From Macrostomum lignano (Eukaryota): a stretch of DNA of 64,000 bases. The position numbers and the translations under genes were made by a program. The DNA is taken from NCBI GenBank assembly GCA_002269645.1, contig NIVC01000161.1:81287-145286 (forward strand), read 5' to 3'. The notes under the pieces were generated by a model that saw only the letters and a list, made by a program, of their open reading frames with translations, was not told the origin of the DNA and made no database searches. Shown here in pieces: positions 31,988-43,038 of the stretch; the stretch's first letter is position 1, and each line of letters starts with the position of its first letter.

Positions 31988-34900
31988 GAGAGTCAATCAA
32001 AGGAGAGTAGAACCCGAGGCCAGCTCAAGCCTCTCAGACTCACCCTGGCAGACTGGAATGTGTTCTCTGAGACCACCGTGTTGGCACCTCAGCAGGCTGA
32101 GGGAGTTGTGTGCAACTGGCTGCAGACCACAGCTGCCCAGATGAAGCTGCTGGATGATGAATCCAGACTCTACGGCAAGGTGATCTTCGATCCGCTGGGT
32201 GAGTCCTGCCGTGGGACCCTGGCTTGTGAGCCGCTGACATGAGTAGTGAGGGCTGAGTGAGGACTGGATAGTGAGGGCTGATTGTGGACTGGATAGTGAG
32301 AGCTGAGTGTGGACTGGATAGTGAGGGCTGATTGTGGACTGGATAGTGAGGGCTGAGTGTGGACTGGATAGTGAGGGCTGAGTGTGGACTGGATAGTGAG
32401 GGCTGATTGTGGACTGGATAGTGAGGGCTGAGTGTGGACTGGATAGTGAGGGCTGAGTGTGGACTGGATAGTGAGGGCTGAGTGTGGACTGGATAGTGAG
32501 GGCTGTGTGTGGACTGGATAGTGAGAGCTGAGTGTGGACTGGATAGTGAGGGCTGTGTGTGGACTGGATAGTGAGGGCTGAGTGTGGACTGGATAGTGAG
32601 GGCTGATTGTGGACTGGATAGTGAGGGCTGATTGTGGACTGGATAGTGAGTGCTGATTGTGGACTGGATAGTGAGGGCTGAGTGTGGACTGGATAGTGAG
32701 GGCTGATTTTGGACTGGATAGTGAGGGCTGTGTGTGAACTGGATAGTGAGGGCTGATTGTGGACTGGATAGTGAGGGCTGATTGTGGACTGGATAGTGAG
32801 GGCTGATTGTGGACTGGATAGTGAGGGCTGAGTGTGGACTGGATAGTGAGGGCTGAGTGTGGACTGGATAGTGAGGGCTGATTGTGGACTGGATAGTGAA
32901 GGCTGGTTGAGGACTGGATAGTGAGGGCTGATTGTGGACTGGATAGTGAGGGCTGAGTGTGGACTGGATAGTGAGGGCTGAGTGTGGACTGGATAGTGAG
33001 GGCTGGTTGAGGACTTGATAGTGAGGGCTGAGTGTGGACTGGATAGAGAAGGCTGATTGTGGACTGGATAGTGAGGGCTGATTGTGGACTGGATAGTGAG
33101 GGCTGTGTGTGGACTGGATAGTGAGGGCTGAGTGTGGACTGGATAGTGAGGGCTGGGTGTGGACTGGATAGTGAGGGCTGTCTGTGCAGTGTGGACTGGA
33201 TAGTGTGGATCGGGTCTCTGACCTTCATATATCCCTCCTCTCAAAGGTGAGCTGTACGACTTTGAGATCTCAACTCTGAGCCCGAAGATGCTCAGCCTGG
33301 GCTTCGGGAACTGGATGAGCACCCTGGCCAGTGGCGAGGTGCTGCTGGACATTGTGAACTGCCTCATCGACCACTGCCTGCCGGCCGCGGTTGGGAGAAA
33401 TGAGGCTGGGAACAGCTTCGAGGTGAGGGCTGTCTTGACAGGCTGCGACAGGCGGGGACACAGGTGGGCACACTGTCTGTGACAGGTGGGGACACAGGTG
33501 GGCACACTGTCTGTGACAGGTGGGGACACAGGTGGGCACACTGTCTGTGACAGGTGGGGACACAGGTGGGCACACTGTCTGTGACAGGTGGGGACACTGT
33601 CTGTGACAGGTGGGGACACAGGTGGGGACACTGTCTGTGACAGGTGGGGACACAGGTGGGGACACTGTCTGTGACAGGTGGGGACACAGGTGGATTTCAA
33701 TGCTGTCAAGGCATTCTCAAGCATCCCAGAACGCCTCGAAATCCTGCAGATCATCACAGCCGAGCCGCTGAAGAAGGTCCGGTTGCTGGACGTCGCCCCC
33801 AACCAGCTGGCGGCCTGCATGTTTCTTGGAAACCACAACCGGCTGATCGACGATTTTCTGGACCCCCTGCTGACCTCCGTGCGGGACATCGGGCTGCCGC
33901 CTCCAGGAGAGAAGCCGGGAACTGCGGGGAACATCCGGCAGGCCCTGCACCTCATTCGCCCCGTGGGACACAACCTGCTGCGGAGCTGCCACTCGACTAA
34001 GGTGAGAGTCTGATCCCAGATCGCAGATCCCAGATCGCAGATCCCAGATCGCAGATCCCAGATCGCAGATCCCAGATCGCAGATCCCAGATCGCAGATCC
34101 CAGATCGCAGATCCCAGATCGCAGATCCCAGATCGCAGATCCCAGATCGCAGATCCCAGATCGCAGATCCCAGATCGCAGATCCCAGATCGCAGATCCCA
34201 GATCGCAGATCCCAGATCGCAGATCCCAGATCGCAGATCCCAGATCGCAGATCCCAGATCGCAGATCCCAGATCGCAGATCCCAGATCGCAGATCCCAGA
34301 TCGCAGATCCCAGATCGCAGATCCCAGATCGCAGATCCCAGATCGCAGATCCCAGATCGCAGATCCCAGATCGCAGATCCCAGATCGCAGATCCCAGATC
34401 GCAGATCCCAGATCGCAGATCCCAGATCGCAGATCCCAGATCGCAGATCCCAGATCGCAGATCCCAGATCGCAGATCCCAGATCGCAGATCCCAGATCGC
34501 AGATCCCAGATCGCAGATCCCAGATCGCAGATCCCAGATCGCAGATCCCAGATCGCAGATCCCAGATCGCAGATCCCAGATCGCAGATCCCAGATCGCAG
34601 ATCCCAGATCGCAGATCCCAGATCGCAGATCCCAGATCGCAGATCCCAGATCGCAGATCCCAGATCGCAGATCCCAGATCGCAGATCCAGATCGCAGATC
34701 CCAGATCGCAGATCCCAGATCGCAGATCCCAGATCGCAGATCCCAGATCGCAGATCCCAGATCGCAGATCCCAGATCGCAGATCCCAGATCGCAGATCCC
34801 AGATCGCAGATCCCAGATCGCAGATCCCAGATCGCAGATCCCAGATCGCAGATCCCAGATCGCAGATCCCAGATCGCAGATCCCAGATCGCAGATCCCAG

Positions 34901-36471
34901 ATCGCAGATCCCAGATCGCAGATCCCAGATCGCAGATCCCAGATCGCAGATCCCAGATCGCAGATCCCAGATCGCAGATCCCAGATCGCAGATCCCAGAT
35001 CGCAGATCCCAGATCGCAGATCCCAGATCGCAGATCCCAGATCGCAGATCCCAGATCGCAGATCCCAGATCGCAGATCCCAGATCGCAGATCCCAGATCG
35101 CAGATCCCAGATCGCAGATCCCAGATCGCAGATCCCAGATCGCAGATCCCAGATCGCAGATCCCAGATCGCAGATCCCAGATCGCAGATCCCAGATCGCA
35201 GATCCCAGATCGCAGATCCCAGATCGCAGATCCCAGATCGCAGATCCCAGATCGCAGATCCCAGATCGCAGATCCCAGATCGCAGATCCCAGATCGCAGA
35301 TCCCAGATCGCAGATCCCAGATCGCAGATCCCAGATCGCAGATCCCAGATCGCAGATCCCAGATCGCAGATCCCAGATCGCAGATCCCAGATCGCAGATC
35401 CCAGATCGCAGATCCCAGATCGCAGATCCCAGATCGCAGATCCCAGATCGCAGATCCCAGATCGCAGATCCCAGATCGCAGATCCCAGATCGCAGATCCC
35501 AGATCGCAGATCCCAGATCGCAGATCCCAGATCGCAGATCCCAGATCGCAGATCCCAGATCGCAGATCCCAGATCGCAGATCCCAGATCGCAGATCCCAG
35601 ATCGCAGATCCCAGATCGCAGATCCCAGATCGCAGATCCCAGATCGCAGATCCCAGATCGCAGATCCCAGATCGCAGATCCCAGATCGCAGATCCCAGAT
35701 CGCAGATCCCAGATCGCAGATCCCAGATCGCAGATCCCAGATCGCAGATCCCAGATCGCAGATCCCAGATCGCAGATCCCAGATCGCAGATCCCAGATCG
35801 CAGATCCCAGATCGCAGATCCCAGATCGCAGATCCCAGATCGCAGATCCCAGATCGCAGATCCCAGATCGCAGATCCCAGATCGCAGATCCCAGATCGCA
35901 GATCCCAGATCGCAGATCCCAGATCGCAGATCCCAGATCGCAGATCCCAGATCGCAGATCCCAGATCGCAGATCCCAGATCGCAGATCCCAGATCGCAGA
36001 TCCCAGATCGCAGATCCCAGATCGCAGATCCCAGATCGCAGATCCCAGATCGCAGATCCCAGATCGCAGATCCCAGATCGCAGATCCCAGATCGCAGATC
36101 CCAGATCGCAGATCCCAGATCGCAGATCCCAGATCGCAGATCCCAGATCCCAGCGCACGCCTCTCCCACAGGAGTGGACCTGGAAGGCGCTGATGTTGCT
36201 GGTGCTCATCCTGATGGCGCTGTGCGGCAGCCTGACCGCAGAGCAGGAATACCTGTTCAGCTGCCTCACCGGGGAGTTCGATGCCTCCCAGCTGGTTGTC
36301 CCGGAGCTGCAGCTCGCGCTGAGCGCCATCCAGCAGGCCGCCTAGGGGATCACCGTGGCAGAGCAGCCCTCGGTGCAGGAGCTGCCGTGGGCGCTGCCGT
36401 ACAGGCGGGTGATGAAGCAGGGCCCCATCGAGTTCCAGAGCGTCCTGCTTCGGGACTTCGAGCTGGAGTGA
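31862..36471 (+). CDS. Unrecognised 4-exon protein-coding gene with a hydrophobic segment and an in-frame TAG at 36343-45 (start uncertain; possible pseudogene or readthrough)
   Basis: Exons 31862-32198, 33247-33422, 33690-34001 and 36172-36345/36471. Canonical GT-AG with consistent phases 1, 0, 0 and GC3-rich codons. No family recognised. Confidence 0.7.
32245..33205. repeat. 25-bp minisatellite (GACTGGATAGTGAGGGCTGAGTGTG)n
   Basis: Fills the intron 32199-33246. Confidence 0.97.
33445..33692. repeat. ~34-bp minisatellite (CTGTCTGTGACAGGTGGGGACACAGGTGGGCACA)n
   Basis: Fills the intron 33423-33689; the last unit supplies the acceptor AG. Confidence 0.9.
34012..36150. repeat. Extremely homogeneous 14-bp satellite (GATCCCAGATCGCA)n, ~150 copies
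   Basis: Only one visible variant (1-bp deletion near 34688); fills the intron 34002-36171. Confidence 0.99.
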
Positions 36472-36644
36472 CCGAGCTCACGGGTCCCGAGATCCCGAAT
36501 CAAAGTTTTGATCCCAATGGCTCTGAATTAAGGAACTTGGTTCGATTCGAAATTCTGAAAATAAACTCAAAATATAAACTCGATTCTGACTTGTCTTTGT
36601 CAAAGCGAATAGTTATTGAATGTCAATGATCTTGATGATCTGCG

Positions 36645-37160
36645 GTTTCTAATATGGCGCCCCCAATTTCTAATATGGCGCCCCCAATTTCTAATATGGC
36701 ACCCCCGATTTCTAATATGGCGTCCTCCGCCAATTTCTAAAATGGCGCCACCGATTTCTAATATGGAGCTCCCCATTTCTGATATGACGCCTCTCGATTT
36801 CTAATATGGCGCCTCCAACTTCTAATATGGCGCCCTCCCCGATTTCTAATATGGCGCCCCCGATTTCTAACATGGCGCCCCCGATTTCTAATATGGCGCC
36901 ACCGATTTCTAATATGGCGCCCTCCCCCGATTTCTAATATGGCGCTCCGATTTCTAATATGGCGCCCTCCCCGATTTCTAATATGGCGCCCTCCCCGATT
37001 TCTAATATGGCGCCCCCGATTTCTAACATGGCGCCCCCGATTTCTAATATGGCGCCACCGATTTCTAATATGGCGCCCTCCCCCGATTTCTAATATGGCG
37101 CTCCGATTTCTAATATGGCGCCCTCCCCGATTTCTAATATGGCACCCCCGATTTCTAATA
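36645..37160. repeat. 21-24-bp minisatellite (CGATTTCTAATATGGCGCCC..)n
   Basis: Directly visible. Confidence 0.95.
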
Positions 37161-37169
37161 TGCCTGCTA

Positions 37170-37612
37170 TATGTGGGTGTGAGATATGTGGTTGTTAGAT
37201 ATGTGGGTGTGAGATATGTGGGTGTTAGATATGTGGGTGTTAGATATGTGGGTGTTAGATATGTGGGTGTTAGATATGTGGGTGTTAGATATGCGGGTGT
37301 TAGATATGTGGGTGTTAGGTATGCGGGTGTTAGATATATGGGTGTTAGGTATGCGGGTGTTAGATATGTGGGTGTTAGATATGTGGGTGTTAGATATGTG
37401 GGTGTTAGATATGTGGGTGTTAGATATGTGGGTGCTAGATATGTGGGTGTTAGATATGTGGGTGTTAGATATGTGGGTGTTAGATATGTGGGTGTTAGAT
37501 ATGTGGGTGTTAGATATGTGGGTGTTAGATATGTGGGTGTTAGATATGTGGGTGTTAGATATGTGGGTGTTAGATGTGTGGTTTTTAGATATGTGGGTGT
37601 TAGATATGTGGA
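37170..37612. repeat. 15-bp minisatellite (GATATGTGGGTGTTA)n
   Basis: Directly visible. Confidence 0.97.
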
Positions 37613-37892
37613 TTTTAGACAGGTGGTTAATAGGCTTGCAGCACAAGAGTCCGTGTTCTAGTTAAACAATAGCAAAGCAAATAGAATTTCTACGGCTCCA
37701 AACGGGCTGCCTTTCCTGCCTCGGAAAAAGGTGCTTGTCCAAGGTGGAAAAGTTTATTTTAAATTGAAAAAAATATTTTTGCGGACTGCTGCAGAACAAA
37801 TGGCTTAAATCCAAATATGGAGAGCTTCCTGCTCAAATCAATGGCAATAAAAAGTGGCTCGCAACCCTCTCGAAGGGTTTTATGGTCACGCC

Positions 37893-40800
37893 ATGCAGGA
37901 AACAGACGGTTCGACAAATGAAGTCGCCGACAATCCGAAAGGGTTGCTGCTTGAGAAAAGCGGAGTGAACTTGTGCGGAAAAGCGTGTGTTAAGCAGAGA
38001 ATGCTTTTAGCGATGCTGTGCTCGCTGGGTCTGGCCATCACGTTCAGCTTTCGATGCAGCATTGGAGTGGCTTGCGGCTACTTCAGGAGCAGGTTCAATG
38101 CCTCAGGTGCCCGCGGAGAGGCCGACAACACTACCGAGGTGCGTTCGATGGCTTTGCTGTCTTCTGGATGGCGTCTTCATGCACCGGTGTTTCTAGAGTG
38201 CGTCTTCATACACCGGTGTTTCTAGAGGGTGTCTTCATACACCGGTGTTTCTAGAGGTTGTCTGTCTTCATGCACCGGTGTTTCTAGAGGTTGTCTGTCT
38301 TCATGCACCGGTGTTTCTAGAGGTTGTCTGTCTTCATGCACCGGTGTTTCTAGAGGTTGTCTGTCTTCATGCACCGGTGTTTCTAGAGGTTGTCTGTCTT
38401 CATGCACCGGTGTTTCTAGAGGGTGTCTTCATGCACCGGTGTTTCTAGAGGGTGTTTGTCTTCGTGCACCACCGTAGGCCACGGAAGGTCTCAGAAACCC
38501 TGACAGCAGTCACTGAAAAGCCCATTCTGCTCAACCGCCTTCAGCACCTCGCGGAGCCGTGGCCGGCATCCGTGGTGGGCGCGGTGGAGAGCTCATACTT
38601 CTGGGGCTACCTGATCACCCAGCTTCCAGGTGGCATCATCGCCAACAAGCTGTCGGCAACTCGAGCCTTCGGTCTGGCCACGGTGATCTCGTCTGCGCTC
38701 AACATGCTGCTCCCACTGGCCATGAGTGCGAGCTACGGATTCACCATTTTGATCCGGTTTCTGCAGGGTCTGGCCGAGGTGAGGATTGGGACCAGGTGTT
38801 TATAATGGTCATTTTAGCAGTAAAGTATGGGACCAACTGCGAGCATTGCATGACGATTTTAAATGATCTTTTTCTAAGTAAGTTGCCACCATTGTATGAC
38901 TGATGTCTGACCACCCCTCCCCGCAGGGCTGCACCTATCCCGCCTGTCTCGGAATTTGGCGCTATTGGGCGCCACCGCATGAGCTCTCGCAGCTCGCCAA
39001 CATCGCCTTCTGCGGCTCCAACGTTGGGGTGCTTTTCAGCCTATTGCTGTCCGGGGCGCTGACCGAATCCATTGGCTGGCCCGCTCCGTTCTATATCTAT
39101 GGTGAGGCATCCATGCTGTTAGACAGGGTGTCCATGCTGTTAGACAGGGTGTCTATGCTGTTAGACAGGGTGTCTATGCTGTTAGACAGGGTGTCTATGC
39201 TGTTAGACAGGGTGTCTATGCTGTTAGACAAGGTGTCTATGCTGTTAGACAGGGTGTCTATGCTGTTAGACAGGGTGTCTATGCTGTTAGACAGGGTGTC
39301 TATGCTGTTAGACAGGGTGTCTATGCTGTTAGACAGGGTGTCTATGCTGTTAGACAGGGTGTCTATGCTGTTAGACAGGGTGTCTATGCTGTTAGACAGG
39401 GTGTCTATGCTGTTAGACAGGGTGTCTATGCTGTTAGACAGGGTGTCTATGCTGTTAGACAGGGTGTCTATGCTGTTAGACAGAATATCTATGCTGTTAG
39501 ACAGGGTGTCTATGCTGTTAGACAGGGTGTCTATGCTGTTAGACAGGGTGTCTATGCTGTTAGACAGGGTGTCTATGCTGTTAGACAGGGTGTCTATGCT
39601 GTTAGACATGGTATCTATGCTGTTAGACAGGGTATCTATGCTGTTAGACAGGGTATCTATGCTGTTAGACAGGGTATCTATGATGTTAGACAGGGTATCT
39701 ATGCTGTTAGACAGGGTATCTATGCTGTTAGACAGGGTGTCTATGCTGTTAGACAGGGTGTCTATGCTGTTAGACAGGGTGTCTATGCTGTTAGACAGGG
39801 TGTCTATGCTGTTAGACAGGGTATCTATGATGTTAGACAGGGTATCTATGATGTTAGACAGGGTATCTATGCTGTTAGACAGGGTATCTATGCTGTTAGA
39901 CAGGGTGTCTATGCTGTTAGACAGGGTGTCTATGCTGTTAGACAGGGTGTCTATGCTGTTAGACAGGGTGTCTATGCTGTTAGACAGGGTGTCTATGCTG
40001 TTACACCAGACCCACCCCATCCCAGGAGGCATTGGCATACTCTGGTTTGCCTTGTGGTTTCTGTACGTATCCGAGAAGCCGGCCGAGCACCCCTGCATCT
40101 CGGAGGCTGAGCGAAATTACATTGTTGACTCGATCGGTGACCATACGGACGTGGATGCACAGGTTTTAATCAAGAATTTTTTACCTGGTTGATGTCAATC
40201 TGAAACTAGGGCAATAAATTACCCCCCCAGAGCTGCGACACGCCCTGGAAGTCGATCTTCACCTCACTGCCAGTGCTGGCTGTTATCGTGATGGAGATTG
40301 CTCACGGCTGGGCATTCTACCTGCTCATTGTGGAGCCCACCAAGTTTTTTTGCGACGTCTTTCAGTTCGATTTGACGCAGGTGAGATTGATTTCGCTAAA
40401 TTCATTTGGGCCCTGTTTCCATGGCAACGCGTCAATCGTCTTGCAGAGCGGCTTCGTGTCGGCGATGCCGCACCTGCTGACCTCCGTCATCGTCCCCATC
40501 GGAGGCTGCACTGCCGACTTCCTCAACAATGGGCGCCTGGCAACTACGGCGGTTAGAAAGCTGTACATCTGCTTTGGTAATGATACCACACCTGATCAAT
40601 ACCACACCTGATCAATCGCATACCTGAACAATCCCTCACCTGATCAATCCCACACCCGATCAATCGCATACTCGATCATTCCCACACCCAATCAATCCCA
40701 CACCCGATCAATCGCATACTCGATCATTCCCACACCCAATCAATCCCACACCCGATCAATCCTACACCTGATCAATCCCACACATGATCAATCCCACACC

Positions 40801-42296
40801 CGATCAATCGCATACCTGATCAATCCCTCACATGATCAATCCCACACCCGATCAATCGCATACTCGATCATTCCCACACATGATCAATCCCACACCCGAT
40901 CAATCCTACACCTGATCAATCCCACACATGATCAATCCCACACCCGATCAATCGCATACTCGATCATTCCCACACCCAATCAATCCCACACCCGATCAAC
41001 CCTACACCCGATCAATCCCACACCGATCAACCCCACACCCGATCAATCCCACACCCGATCAATCCCACACCCGATCAATCCCACACCCGATCAATCCCAC
41101 ACCGATCAACCCCACACCTGATCACCACGCCTTCAAACCAACCATCGCAGGCTTCGGCATGGAGGCAATATTTCTTCTGGTCGCTGGTTACTCATCCGAT
41201 GCCAGAGTGGCTGTCGTCTGCCTGACCCTGGCTGTCGGCTTCAGCGCGATCGCTCTGTCAGGTAGCTGGGGCACTTCTCCCATCCCGGTCATAACCCCCT
41301 CTCTTCCCAAATTCCTGTTCAAACCTGCCCCGCCCGCAGGCTTCAACGTGAACCTGCTGGATCTGGCGCCCCGATATGCCGGCATCCTGATGGGCCTGGC
41401 CAATGGGGTCGGCTCTATGGCCGGAATCTTCCTACCGGTGGCCACCGCCTACATGGCGGAGGATCACGTGAGTGCCGGAGTGAGAGGGGGTGGGAAGTGA
41501 GTTGGGTAAGAGAGAGAATGGGAAAAGACTGATTGGAGAGAGGGTGGGCAGATATTGGGGAATACTATGGAGAAAGGAGGAGAGTATGGGGGAGAGGGGA
41601 GAGTATAGGGTAGACAGGGAGAGTATGGGGTAGAGGGGGAGAGTATGGGGTAGAGGTGGAGAGTGTGGGGGAGAGGGGGAGAGTATGGGGTAGACAGGGA
41701 GAGTATGGGGTAGAGGTGGAGAGTGTGGGGGAGAGGGGGAGAGTGTGGGGTAGAGGTGGAGAGTATGGGGGAGAGAGGGAGAGTGTGGGGAGAGGGGGAG
41801 AGTGTGGGGGAGAGGGGGAGAGTATGGGGGAGAGAGGGAGAGTGTGGGGGAGAGGGGGAGAGTGTGGGGGAGAGGGGGAGAGTGTGGGGGAGAGAGGGAG
41901 AGTATGAGCGAGAGGGGGAGAGTGTGGGGGAGAGGAGAGTATGCGGTGAGGAGGAGAGTACGGGGTATGGGTAGAGTTAGGGCATCGAGTGAGATGGGGG
42001 AAGAAAGAGGGGTGGAGAGAGGAGAGTGAGTGATGAGAAATAAAATATTAAAATACGCGGATGGCTATCCTAAGAATATAGCGAAATGTTGTATAAGAGA
42101 CTTCGCTAAGAGTCTATAATTTATTCTTCACTACGACAATAAAATGTGATGTAATCGAACGCCAGAAAGTGGCCTTCCAAACTTGCAGAGCGCGCAGTCG
42201 TGGTCTCGGGTGTTCCTCCTGGCCGCTCTGCTGCACGCTGCAAACGTGCTGTTCTTCGCCATCTTCGGCTCCGGCGAGAGACAGAAATGGGGCTGA
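37893..42296 (+). CDS. SLC17 family MFS anion transporter, VGLUT/EAT-4-like (~472 aa as assembled)
   Basis: Exons 37893-38138, 38545-38778, 38927-39101, 40026-40162, 40231-40380, 40447-40576, 41151-41261, 41340-41467, 42189-42296. Motifs: [88 protein letters not shown]. Confidence 0.92.
38176..38452. repeat. 33-bp minisatellite (CATGCACCGGTGTTTCTAGAGGTTGTCTGTCTT)n
   Basis: In SLC17 intron 1. Confidence 0.95.
39110..40003. repeat. 21-bp minisatellite (GTGTCTATGCTGTTAGACAGG)n
   Basis: Fills SLC17 intron 3 (39102-40025). Confidence 0.98.
40585..41125. repeat. ~15-bp minisatellite (CCCACACCCGATCAAT)n
   Basis: Fills SLC17 intron 6. Confidence 0.95.
41560..41990. repeat. G/A-rich ~20-bp minisatellite
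   Basis: GAGAGTGTGGGGGAGAGGGG-like units in SLC17 intron 8. Confidence 0.9.
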
Positions 42297-42729
42297 CTGC
42301 AGAAGCTGCAGGGACTCGAACTGGGACTTGAAGCTTTTTCTAGTCTTTGAAGCAGTGAATCAAGAGTTCGCAATTTCCTTGCTAGTTAGTAGAATTATTG
42401 ATTCGTTACTACTACTACTTACGAGCAGTAGTAGTAAGAGCTACTTCTGCTATAATTGATGGTAATTACTTAATGAATTTAGGAAATAAACAGACCTAAT
42501 AGACAACTTTTAACTGTCAGTTAATAAAAGTACATTTTAAAAGATAAAAATCGCGCGTATTTTTGTTCTAATGTTAGTCGTCTTTAGTGTCAGTCTAAAT
42601 TTAGGAAAGGAGCTGAGTATAACTCATAGGTAAACATGACGTTTAAGAAAAATTTAAATATTTTAAGAATTGAGAATTGAGAAGAATTAACTCAAGCTTA
42701 AAGTCATATCCTATAGGCTTATATTGGAT

Positions 42730-42945
42730 AAAATGCCCCATTCTGTAGGATAAAATGCCCCATTCTGTAGGATAGGATGCCCCATTCTGTAGGATACAAT
42801 GCCCCATTCTGTAGGATACAATGCCCCATTCTGTAAGATAGAATGCCCCATTCTGTAGGATACAATGCCCCATTCTGTAGGATACAATGCCCCATTCTGT
42901 AGGATAAAATTCCCCATTCTGTAGGATACAATGCCCCATTCTGTT
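42730..42945. repeat. 22-bp minisatellite (AATGCCCCATTCTGTAGGATAC)n
   Basis: Between the convergent SLC17 and dikinase genes. Confidence 0.95.
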
Positions 42946-43038
42946 TTTCAGCAAGAGTCTTTGCTATACGTGATTCAGCAATTTCCTAGCCAGTGATTCT
43001 GCATGTTCGCAACAGCGGTGCCAAGGCTCTCTTGGGTG

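Noticed and set aside
31997-36329. 1390-aa and 870-aa minus-strand ORFs
   Set aside because: Stop-free translations of the 14-bp and 25-bp satellites, antisense to a spliced plus-strand gene.
36174-36629. 151-aa ORF as the last exon of the orphan gene
   Set aside because: Wrong phase relative to the upstream donor (phase 0) and off-frame amino-acid composition.
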